Positions 1 through 10,974 of a DNA stretch of 64,000 bases are shown here, piece after piece. This DNA comes from Camelus ferus (lineage: Eukaryota), in the NCBI RefSeq assembly GCF_009834535.1, contig NC_045696.1, positions 91,018,001 through 91,082,000 on the forward strand, read 5' to 3'. The position numbers were made by a program, and so were the translations under genes. Position 1 is the stretch's first letter. The number at the start of each line of letters is the position of its first letter. Under the pieces are notes generated by a model, which was given only the letters and a program-made list of their open reading frames with translations, was not told the DNA's origin and searched no databases.

Positions 1-669
1 TCTGTCTCGCCTCACCACAACTGGCTCTCCTGTAAGGCCTGTAGAAACTGCCAGGCCACAGGAATAAAGCATAAAACATTTTAGAGTAAAGCCAAAAGAG
101 GGGGCATCTTGATTCTAGTAGGCTAGGCAGAAATTATGACTTGTTTTCAGGAGGCAGGAAAATAAAAGACTTAGAACTAGCCTGGCTATAGTGGATAGGC
201 AGGCAAAGGGATAAAATAACAACTAGCCAACAACAGAAAGCCCAGCCACACCAGGGCAGGGACACACTTTCACAATCTGGTAACTTTAGGGCCCAACCCA
301 GAGCCCAGCGCATGATGAGTGCTTCATAGAGAATGAAAACATTCAGCTGCCATTGTTGTACCATCTGTGGGATGATCAGAAGAGGGGAGGAGGGCAGCTG
401 GCAGGAAAAGGAGCTGTAAGATTGGATTGACCACCTGATCTCAGGCACCAAGATTTCTCTGGTTAGAATGTAATTTCTGGACTTTCACCCAATACATAGG
501 TCAGACTGTTCAGTGCCAAGCTTCTAGGCAGAGACAACATTCTATAACAAGCATACACTTGTAACACAAATTGCTTCAATAAGGCCCCCATTATAATTAT
601 ACTGTTTTCTGTCTCATCTACTGATTTTCTCACTAGAGACCCTGGGAGATTTCACTCCATCCTGGATTC

Positions 670-1575
670 TAAATCTTGAGACTCTTTATTTCCTCCTGAC
701 CTCTCTCTGTTTTAGGTTTCTCTAGCTGGCATCTTCCAGACTCCTTATCATCAATATTTCCAAAACCAACCTCCTCAAAATTCCCCAAGTCTCGCTCCTC
801 CTTCTAGAGCCCCTCTCTTAATTAATTGCATCAATCCCCTGAGATACCTTCTCTTTTCTTTCCCCTTCCCATGCCTAATTAAAAACTGGTGTCAATTTTT
901 TTGCCCTAAATATTGTCTGAATCCATTTCCTCTTCACTAAGCCTGCAAACACTGTTCTGGCTCCGACCTTGTCATCTCTTGCTGGTACTGTCACACCAGC
1001 CTACCACCTGGTCCCCTGCCTCAGGTCTTACCCTCTTCCTATCTATCCTTTCAGCTGCTGCCAGAGGAACTCTATTTAAGATGCAAATCTGGCCATGTGA
1101 GTCCCCTGTCTCTGGTTACCTCCAGACAAGTGTAAGCTCCTTACAAGCACACAGAGGTCTTTCCCCCTCTGCCATCTTCCCTACGTCATCTCCTGCTGCT
1201 CCTTGACTAATACTGACTATCCTAGAGTCTTTGGATGGTTTAGGGTTTGTTCTCTGCACACACCTTGCTGTTTCGAATCTTGATCTCTTCTTAAGCTGGA
1301 TTGTCCCCTTGTCAGCCGCTTTTTTCTTTTTTTTTTTTGTCTGAGTAACTTTCAGCTCTTATGCCTTCTCCTCTAGGTAGGGCTAAGTGCTCCTCTTCTC
1401 GGGTCCCATGGCACCATATGTATCTCTCAACTATTTAAAAATATCTCCTTGCCCTTCTGCCAGCCTTACCAGGCTATACACCATTTAAGGAAAGAGATCT
1501 TTTTTATTCATCCTGTTATCTCCGGCATCCAGCATAGTACCTGACATATGGGAGATTCTCAGCAAATATTTGGTG
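670..1575 (+). mobile_element. LINE-2 (L2) 3' fragment
   Basis: Degenerate match to the L2 3' region (e.g. ctggtcccctgcc...tcagctgctgccagag...atgcaaatctggccatgtga) ending in the L2 tail ccagcatagtacctgacatatgggagattctcagcaaatatttg. Confidence 0.8.
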
Positions 1576-2639
1576 GGCTGACCAGACCTGACTCTACAGA
1601 TTCCTTGCTTTTCTTACCTTTGACTTATCAGCCTTCAATGATGAGAAGTCAATCTGAGGTAGAGATTTTCTTTTGGAACCTAAAATCGGTACATTTATCA
1701 TTGTACACTTAACCAAAAAAGAAAAAAAAAGTCAACTTTGATGTTTTTGGAGGCTAGGTTTGAAGATGAAAGGTTGACATATGCATCATGATATAAAGTA
1801 GTGGTCTTTTCAAATGATTTTGCTTCAACCTTCCCAATAAAACAAATGGACTGTGTGCATGGGATTTTGACGTGCTGGTTTTTCTTTGACTCTAAAATGA
1901 AATGAATGTGCAAAGGCACAAAAACAGTATGTATCCTCAATTGGATAAAAGCTCACCTTTATCTCCCTTTGACCCTTTTATTTTCACAATACTAAAGAAA
2001 TATTAAAAATGGTAGAGTTGGTGAATTTTTAGAAAAGCTATCAGTTCCCACTCACTTTCTATCCTGTTGCCCTAGTGTAACCTTGACCTTGTCTTCCTCT
2101 CACCTCTGCAAATACTTCCCTGAATTGGCTTCCTTCTGCTTTCTGAAGCCCACAATTGACATCTGCACAATGTAAAACCCTCTGCTGCATGATCTTTTCT
2201 TGGAATCCAGTCCCCTGGGGCTGGGTGGGCTTGATCTAATCATTGATTAACATCTTTGTGGAGAAAGCTGCCAGCAGAAAGGTCTCCAGGAACCCTGGTC
2301 TGCCTCTCCTGACCCCAGAAAAGTGGGGCTTTGAGCAGAGGCACATCAGGTTCTAAGGGCAGGAAGGTGGGCCTGGGGTGAGGTGGTGGGGCACACCAGT
2401 TGGTGGTGTGGAGGAAAGCACAAAGACAGCCCCTGCTTTTGTCTACATTCTCTTTGTTTCTTTCACACTATTTCATCTCTGGATCACAGTTGATAAGCAC
2501 CATGGACACCTATAAGCTAAAAATTGTTGAAAAGGTCCCACTTTTGGAGAATGAGCTCAAGGGCTCACTGACCCCCTTGCACCCCTCTAGAGCTGCTAAG
2601 GAACTGGGAGACTGGACTTTGGGTAAGCGACTGGGTGAG

Positions 2640-2860
2640 TGTAGGGGAATGTGCGTGTCTAGGTTTGTGAGTGTCTGTATGTGTGTTTATGTGAAAGCAT
2701 ATGTGGATTTATGAGAATGTGTGAGCTTGTTTGTAGGTATATGTGTTTATGTGAATGTATGTGTATGTATTTGTGTTTGTGCATGTATTGTGTCAGTGGT
2801 GTGTGGGTGTGAGTGTGTAGTTTTGTGTGTGTGTGTGTGTGTGTGTGTGTTTGTGCATGA
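2640..2860. repeat. Degenerate (TG)n microsatellite with a pure core near 2824-2850
   Basis: Directly visible; it produces the HTHT ORFs on the minus strand. Confidence 0.95.
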
Positions 2861-3369
2861 GTTTGGAGATACGGTGTCTTGAGAAGAAACTCCCTCCACC
2901 TCCAGTTGTTTTCCTGACACAGTCTTCTGCAGTGGCAGCTCCACATGAGTTAACTCCCTCGTGAGCAATGTCATGCACTCTCCCCGCCATTATCCAAATA
3001 AACCTATACCCCATGTATAAAAGCATGCTTTTGACTTTCACTTCCAATCATGCCTGCAGTCTCTAAGCTCCTCTCATAGAAATGTGCCAGAGTGGCTTCT
3101 GTTCTTACAATGAGTTATTAATTACAGGGAGCAGGAAGAGAGGAAGTATTTAGCTACAGATCCTGGAAAGCCACCTTAAAGAGTGGGAAGGCTTGAAATA
3201 GAGGGTAGAATGTAGGGCTTAAAGAAAGTCTCTGGGTGTAAGAGGTGGTAGCTGTAATTTTGTATGGATTCCTTGTGGCCATAGGCCTGATTTGTGTGGA
3301 GGGGTCCTTAAAAGCACTGGTCAGAGCAGGATACACCTGCTAAACAGGGAAAGTGGGTTTCTAAAGAAT

Positions 3370-3870
3370 ATTCCACAGTAATAGCTTCCTTCCTATGTTC
3401 TTTTGCAACGTGACCTTGTCATTTGTCTGTTTATCTTCTGCTTGAACCTGGGCTGAACTGTGATCTAGTTCGACTCAAAGAATGTGACAAAATGGACACC
3501 ATGTAACTTTTGGGCTGGGCTTACCAACTTCACCTGAAGCTTATATGTTTACCCAGCCTCCTGTGAGAAGTACAAGTCACATGGAGGTGCTCATGCAGAA
3601 GAAGACTGAGGTGCTCCATTAATAGTTCACACTGAGCTTTCAGCTGACACTCAGCACCAACTACTAGCTGTGGGAATCAGCCAGCTTAATGCTCCAGCCC
3701 ATTTGAATTTCTACAGGATTGTCGCCACAACCAATACCACCTGGAGCGAAGAATCATCCAGCTGAGCCCCATCAACCCACACAATTAGAGTAATAACAAG
3801 GGATTGTTGTTCCTTAAAGACACTAATTGGGGGTTAGTTTATTACACAGCAACAGATAACCAGTTTACCA
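3370..3870 (+). mobile_element. MaLR solo LTR (MLT1F/G/H-like)
   Basis: ccagctgagccccatcaacccac and the terminal ttagtttattacacagcaacagataaccagtt are typical of MLT1 3' ends. Confidence 0.8.
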
Positions 3871-4544
3871 GTTGGGTTTCTTACTGTCGATGGAGTTGGA
3901 TCAAGAACAGGCTTTCTCCACAATTGCAGAGAGTGAGCAAGAATTAAGTTACGCAGACGGCAAATGAGAGGAGAAGGCATGTTTCGTTCAAGTTTTTCTT
4001 TATGGAGAAGCAGTCGTCAAATCTTTAACCTTCAAGTGATACCAGATAGTTAAAGGAAAGTGTTAATAGCAGTTATTTTGGGATAATGGCTGCTTATCTA
4101 TATTAAACATTTCTACAATGAACATTTACTATCTCTGTAACAAGATCAAATATTACTGAAAACAGTTAATGGGCTTCTTATTTAGCTGTTCTGTAAATGG
4201 CGTGTTACCCTAAGGCATGCTGCACCTCATACTGTGAAGAAGAAGGCAGGTTTTTTTTTTTTTTTTTTTTCTGAGAGCATTAGCTTTTACTTAATTACTA
4301 GAAGGTTCTAATGAGGATCTCATTTGTCTGGTTTTCAATACTAAAGAATTTTTTTCTATTTAGAGTGAATAGACTTAAATTACACTTTGTCAGCTTAAAA
4401 TATGAAATCCTCCTTTTGAGTCAATCTTAGTTAAGTTAGATCATAGATTTAGGTGGGTTCAGAGAGAACAGCTTTTGGGCTGGTGGGATGCAAGGCACTG
4501 TAGGTTAACATCTTTCTATTCTTACTCAGATACTATCGATACCT

Positions 4545-4917
4545 TGTGTCAGTGAATGCCAGTACATATGCTTCTCTTCTCTTCCTGGGAACATGCATAA
4601 ACTACTTTTCCAGTCACTGACAGGTATATTGGGCCCACATATCTGTTTTCTGGCTCATGGGATGGCCCATTCAGAACTTCTGTGTACTCCTTTCCTCCAC
4701 GTTCTGGTCCAGTGCCACAGTACCTTGGAAGTCATGTGATAAAGATGGAAACGCCACTAGATGGAAGCAGGTATCTGCATGACTAAGTGGAATGTGCCAA
4801 CACAACTACCCATCACCATGGCCTGCAATGGACTGTAACTTGAGCATGAAAAGGGTCTTTTTACGTTAAGCTACTGATATTTTCTTGGTATAGCTGTTAG
4901 CATCCTGTGAGTCATAC
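4545..4917 (+). mobile_element. MaLR solo LTR (MLT1J-like)
   Basis: ccttggaagtcatgtgataaagatggaaacgccactagatggaagcag and ggactgtaacttgagcatgaaaa...gttaagctactgata match MLT1J-type consensus. Confidence 0.75.
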
Positions 4918-4924
4918 GTGTTAC

Positions 4925-5130
4925 AGTTGCAAAGTGCTTTACCTGTATAATATGTTTTTGCAGACATTATCTTACTTGATACCCACAACAGTTCTGTGAT
5001 CTAGGAAGGATGAGTATTATCCCCATTTTACAGAGGAGAAAACTGAAACACATGCGAGGTAGATTCTTTGCCCAAACAATGTTCTCTGGTCAGTAAATGG
5101 GAGAGCATGGACTTGCCTTCAAGTTTAATT
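4925..5130 (-). mobile_element. MIR SINE
   Basis: Reverse MIR core attatccccattttacagaggagaaaactgaaaca. Confidence 0.85.
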
Positions 5131-5363
5131 CTTTTATGTCTTTCTCCTGCTGCCTTTTTCTAACTCAGGTCTGATTTTCTATATGAGTTTCATCTTGACT
5201 TCAGCCTCTGGAACTAAACATCACAAAGCAGTGCTTTACCTTCCTTTTTTCCAATGAAGAAAGTCAAACTCAAGCAATTACTTTTTGTAAAGTCAAGGTA
5301 AATTTGGTGAACATTTCCATGTGCTTCCCAAATAGGTCAAATAATAGAACGGGTTGTTTATGC

Positions 5364-5597
5364 CAGCATTTTATAAACTGTAGTCTGGTAACCCTGATCC
5401 TGAGAGATGACTAGTGTAAAAAGGAATTCTGATCAAATACTACTGAACAGTTCTGGATATTATGTCCCTTTTGGAGATTAGCAGTATACATTAACACATT
5501 GTAGGCTCTGAAAAATTTCTGTAGTTAAAGCATTTATTCTGTACTGTGAATAATTTTTAAATATTTCATTCTGTAGAACATAGTTTTGATAACTCTG
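5364..5597. mobile_element. hAT-Charlie-type non-autonomous DNA transposon remnant
   Basis: Degenerate terminal inverted repeats (cagcattttataaactg / tagttttgataactctg) and internal ttggagatt...acattaacacattgtaggctctgaaaa. Confidence 0.6.
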
Positions 5598-5719
5598 GTT
5601 TAGATATTTACCTCCCTTAATACAGGGAATGGGATTAAAAATATTTTGCAGTTCTCTTTTGTTATGGGTGCATTATATTTATTATCAGTTTCTCTATTTT
5701 TCTTAATTATTCTTTAAAT

Positions 5720-5850
5720 TTCTATGCTCTTCCTCCTCCATTTCCTATTTTTCCTTTTTCTCCCTACTTCCTCCCCTTTTTCTTCTCTCCCTTTTCCTCT
5801 TTCTTCTTTTGCTTCTTCTGCTTTGTCATTGTTGTCTTTGTCATCTTCTG
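5720..5850. repeat. CT-rich low-complexity tract
   Basis: Directly visible pyrimidine run. Confidence 0.85.
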
Positions 5851-5864
5851 AAATTATTAGTTCC

Positions 5865-6478
5865 CATCTTAGTCCATTTGGCTGCTATAGTAAAAGGCCA
5901 CAGGCTGGGTAGCTTATAAACAATAGGAATTAACTGCTCACAGTTCTGGAGACTAGAAGTCTGAGATCAGGGTACCAGCATGGTTTGTTGAGGGCCCTCT
6001 TCTGAGTAGCCAGGTTCTCATTGTATCGTCACATGGTGGAAAGGGCTAAGGAGCTCCCTCAGGCCTCTTTTATAAGGGAATGAATCCTATTCATGAGGGC
6101 TCTGCTCTCATGACTGACCACCTTCCAGTGGCCCCACCTCCTAATACCATCAAAATAGGCATTAGGATTTCAACATATGATCTTATGGTTACCGGGAAAA
6201 GGGGTGGGAAGGGATAAATTTGGGAGTTTGAGATTTACAAATGTTAGCCACTATATATAAAGATAGATTTTTAAAAAGTTTCTTCTGTATAGCACAGGGA
6301 ACTATGTTCAATATCTTATAATAAGCTTTAATGAAAAAAATATACATGTATGTATATTCATGACTGGGACATTGTGCTGTACACCAGAAATTGATGCATT
6401 GTAACTGACTGTACTTCAATTAATTAAAAAAAGGATTTCAAAATACGACTTTTGAGGGGACACATTCAGATCATAACA
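5865..6478 (-). mobile_element. MaLR solo LTR (MLT1A0-like), split by an L1 insertion
   Basis: tcttagtccatttggctgctata...ctcacagttctggag...ggccccacctcctaataccatca, resuming after 6431 as tttgagggggacacattcagatcataaca. Confidence 0.9.
6181..6431 (+). mobile_element. 5'-truncated camelid-type L1 (3' UTR only) with target-site duplication
   Basis: L1 3' UTR motifs (atggttacc...gggataaatttgggagtttgagatt...ctgtatagcacagggaactat), short A tail, 17-nt TSD aggatttcaacatatga (6164-6180) / aggatttcaaaatacga (6432-6448). Confidence 0.93.
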
Positions 6479-6519
6479 GCTTCCTACTCTAGTTGATCAG
6501 AGAATGCTGCAGACAAAAA

Positions 6520-6965
6520 GCATCTGAATTCAGTAACCATTTGACAAAACATATCACATTATCTCTGGACAGAAGATAGATAAATGTGGGTTAAATGGAT
6601 CATGGTAACTGACAGACTGTGAGGGAGGTTGGGATGGCTGCTGATTCAACCTGATCCAACCCTACCTGATTCAACAATTTTAGCAGTGATTGGATGAGCA
6701 ATTAGCAGTCAGTTGATTGAATTTATGGATGATGGGAAGATGGAAGGGCTAGATAAATATACTAGATGCCAGGATCAGGATCCTTCAAAATCTCAGACAA
6801 GGTTGAATTTAACAAGACATCATTTAACAAGGGTAAATTTAGAGTTACGCTCTTAAATCTAGAAACTCACTGTATAACTATGGTATCAGATGACATGACT
6901 GAGTAGAACAAAATGCAAAAAAATCCGGGGGTTTCTAATTTGATTGTATGCTGAATATATAATCT
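6520..6965 (+). mobile_element. CR1/L3 LINE reverse-transcriptase remnant
   Basis: Decayed CR1 RT motifs in the expected order: ctgaattcagtaaccatttgac (LDFSKAFD-like), ttcaacaattttagcagtgattggat (FNIFINDLD-like), atttatggatgat (FADD-like), tttaacaagggtaaatttagagtt (FNKDKCKV-like). Confidence 0.75.
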
Positions 6966-7549
6966 TGTGGCTTGCATTTAAAAACAGCAAAGTAAAAACA
7001 TTTTAACCCTCAAAACCTACCCAAAACTTAAAAAGAAAAAAATCTTTTTATTAAATGAAACCAAAGGAAAATGACACATCCCAGACCATAAGGCAGGAAG
7101 CACACATGGCAAATGCTGTGGCTTCTGGGCTGAGATGTGGGAGCTTGCTGAGAGTAGCAATATGGATCCTTGATTATCCTTAGATAGGGATCTGAGATTA
7201 ATGTGCTATAAATCTGACAAAGATGCATCAGGGGGCAAAAACAGGTCAAAGGAGAGGTTGGGAATGCCTCTAGGAAGACCTCATTCCAACCACTGAAAGG
7301 TGGGGAAGGTAGCATTGAAGGAGAGACCTTACCGACATGCTATTTCTACTGTCCATAATGCCGTTCACTGAGAGAGAAAATGCCGGAGGTAACGAGTGAA
7401 GGGTAAAAGAAGAAGAGAAGAAATCAATAATTGCCAGATCAGAAGCCAGCGAACTTGTCACCTAATGGTTTTACTGTGAATCTTACAGACCACTTGAAGC
7501 CTGAAACAATGAGAAGAAATGGCCTCAGGACAGCAGTTTGCTGAAGGCA

Positions 7550-7977
7550 AACAGTGGTATTATTTACTTCCTCCTTCAATGCAATTATATATATCCATGC
7601 TCTTGCATGGTTCATGGTGGCAGAATATATTTCTCATTCCTTGACTTTGGGCTTGGTCATGTGACTTGCTGTGGCCAATGGGAAGATAGAAAATATGATA
7701 ACAAACAGAGACTTGAAAGTGCTTTTATAGTTTGGCTAGCCCTCTTGTGTTCCTGTGATTGCGTTAGAAAAGTAAACACCAGGTAGCTAATTCTTCTTCA
7801 GTTGGTCTCAGAGTGAGATGGAGAGGACATTAACCTTACAGGGAACTTCTAGGCAAGCCTAGCTGAAGCAAAGCTTTTCCAGCCAACTCACAAACACATG
7901 AACAAATGTTTTGTAAGACACTGAGTTTTAGGCCGTTTATTGAACATCTTTAATGGTGTGATAGCTGAGTAATACAA
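7550..7977 (+). mobile_element. MaLR solo LTR (MLT1I-like)
   Basis: ttgactttgggcttggtcatgtgacttgctgtggccaatgg and terminal gatagctgagtaataca. Confidence 0.8.
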
Positions 7978-8059
7978 CCATAAAATTAAGTGAGGACTCT
8001 GAACTCCCCAGTTTCTTCTCTGTCTTCCACGAAATCAATCCTGTGATATTCTCATAGGT

Positions 8060-8335
8060 AGTGACTCCTATGAAAAATAAGCAGAAAGATGGGAACTATG
8101 TATGAAAATCTGCAAAAGAAAATGAGGAAAGGAACATAAACAAAAGGAAAATGAAGAATTACTTCCACATGAGGAATTATTCACAGAAAATAAAGGAAGA
8201 TTTTAAATAGGTCTCCATATTTCAAAGAAATTGTGTACAATATGATCTCTCAAAAATAAGTTCTGAGAACTGATACAGGGATCACAAGGAGAGATTATAG
8301 ATAGTATCAATGGAAGGAGATTTAAAAAAAAATGG
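8060..8335 (+). mobile_element. Possible old L1/HAL1 ORF1-region remnant
   Basis: Strongly A-rich, purine-skewed tract resembling decayed ORF1; no diagnostic motif. Confidence 0.3.
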
Positions 8336-9193
8336 TAAACTAGCCGTTCTTTTTTGCCAAGACCTTTTAGAACTGCTTGTTTCCTGTACATTTTAAGCCA
8401 TTTTATTCGGTTTTCTTTTAGGTCCTGTGAGCTTTTCCATATCATCACAGTAACACTCATTTTTACTTGTTATCCAAAGATGGACTCTCATGCTTGTAAT
8501 CAAAGAACTCTGATATATGCCTAATCTGGGAATAGTCTAAAATAGGCATTCTAAATTTTATTTTTAGAACACTGAACATCCTAGAAAAATACATCTTTAA
8601 ATTATTTTACCAATAGGAAGAATAAAATATTTATTTATATTCATATTCCTCCTTCCTACCCCACACTTACAGTATTGGAAAAGTGTTAGCCAAGTTAGTG
8701 ATCTAAATTAGATTCAAACTCAGTAATCTAAATTTAATAAAATGTGCTGTCACTACTGCTGGGGGAATAGCAAGGGATTTTGCAAAGTACAGGAGAATGT
8801 ATTTTATCTCCACAATTAGTGGTCTCACTATTAAGTGAGTTACTGATCCTGATAATTAATATCTGGTAATGCCACAGGTGAATTATGAAGGACCTATTTC
8901 ACACCCAAGGATAAATAAATAATCCCACTACAAACCGATTAAAAATACACAGGATACAAAGAGTATAGGTTAATAAAGTACCCAATAAATAAATTAAGAT
9001 ACTGGCCATAAATTACTGTATTCTGTCAACATCAAATTTGTTAACCACAGTACAGCAGGGAAGATTTTTAGATGAATTAGTGCTGTGGCTGAATTAATAG
9101 GAGAGAAAAGAGATGGTGTGAGAGGGAACAGTATTCCTGAATGAGGGAAGTTACCTAAGTGAGTTAGAGCTTGTGCAGTTTTGAAAAGTAAAG

Positions 9194-9541
9194 TGTATCA
9201 ATCAGCATAGGTTAGGTTATGCTGCTGTAACAAAACTCTCAAATCTCAGCTACTTACCAAGACCCTTCTGGGCATAATTGACCTCATTTATGGACCCAAG
9301 ATGACAGAATAATCATCTGGAAAATTGCCAATTAATCATATCAAAAGGAAAATGAAATCTCTGGAGAATTACACCAGGAATTAAATGCACAACTCAGATA
9401 TGACATACGTTATTTCTGCTCAGAAGTTATTGATCAGAACTAGTTACTGGCTCCACCCAACACAAGGGACCAGGAACTACAATCCTACCATGTGCTCAGA
9501 AGTCAGGTAAAAATATTTGATGAATAGATTAGTGACTGTGG
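9194..9541 (-). mobile_element. MaLR solo LTR (MLT1K/L-like)
   Basis: tgtatcaatcagcataggttaggttatgctgctgtaacaaa start; ttgatcagaactagt...aatcctaccatgtgctcagaag. Confidence 0.8.
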
Positions 9542-10974
9542 CTTCATTTGAAAGAAAATGGCAGATGGCTTAATTTGAAATGACCTGAAAAATTTCTGAT
9601 TGGAATCTAAATAATTCAGAATGTTGATACCTGGCAACAAGGAGCTTAACTTAGCAGTAGTACTCCATAGGATATGAGAAGGCTGTTCTTAAAAAATTTT
9701 CCTTTCTATATCCTAATCATCATTCATACCTCATCCTTTTCTACAGAAATATCTTAACTCTTTTCCACACAAAAATCCTAAAAATGAAGCATATTAATCT
9801 TAGGTAGTAACACTCAACATCTTTATATTTTTGAGAATAGGGGTAATGAGGGAACCATTGAAAAGCTTCTCATGAATATTAAACAGAAACCCCATAGCAA
9901 ATAATTTGTTCTGTCTTCTTTATGCTTCTGGTCACACTGGTGATATTTACACGTCTTTTTTTCTCACTTAGAATGCATTAGATCATTTGAATAATAGTGT
10001 TATTTCAGGTCTCTGGTTTTATTTTTATCCGCTTATCCCTTTATTCCTTTTAAATTTTATTTATCTTTATTCTTAGGAAGGAAAATGTTGGCAAACTGTT
10101 TGGTGCTCTTCTGCTTACTAGGCTGCAGAGGGTCTTTAGCAAGAAGCCACTTGAAAAGAGCTGTTGGTGCCTTTCCTTGAGCAATAGCTCGAGAGGTGCA
10201 TGGAGATATTACATTTCACTCTTGGTTCTTTGCGTGTGAGAACAAACCAGCTTGCTGAAGTTGTCGTAAAAGTTCATGAAAGGCATGGTGCCTCTTGTTA
10301 GATGCCTAGACTGAAGTAAGCATTAAGAAACACACTGAATTTTAACCTTAAAGTCCGTACACTTAAGTAAAGATACAGAATACATTACAGGCTAAGGTAA
10401 TAAACAGAATAATTCATGACTCCCTGAGGGAGTTGGGCTTTTTTTCCAGGGGGCAAATGAATAGCAACAGAATGCCTCTCTAACCCTTGAGGGAAGAATG
10501 TATTGTGTAGCCAATTCTCATGGGCACAACTACTACTTTATTTAATGGGAAATTGTATTTTTTTTATTCAACATCTGTTTTATCACTTTTCTCCCCTTAA
10601 TCATCTCTTTTTCAACATTGCAGACCATTTAATCATATTGCAAGTATGGAAAAACAATTGCTTGGCGATCAATGATTTGTATCCTTTCTGTCTTGATCAG
10701 CAGAGGGAAATTAATAGTAAACTAGTTCACAGAGGCATTAAGACATTATTCCGGTTACTGGGTGCTCAGACAGTGCTGCTAAAAGTGATATTTTGATATT
10801 TTGAAACCTTTTTTAGTGTACATAGGGCAAAACTTCCTGTATACTTACTCAAAGAGTTTTATCCTTTGAAACAAAGAGTGCAAATTGGTGCAGAATAATG
10901 GTCATATTCCTGGTAGCCACCTTTGACTTAATACTTACTCCATACCAGATACTCTATCAAAATATTTTTCATTT

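Noticed and set aside
308..440. Box C/D snoRNA (ATGATGA...CTGA)
   Set aside because: No terminal stem and no recognisable rRNA guide; the motifs are short enough to occur by chance.
1638..1657. Box C and box D motifs close together
   Set aside because: Far too short for a snoRNA.
2659..3047. ORFs with HT/TH repeats (also 43957-44181)
   Set aside because: They are translations of (TG)n microsatellites.
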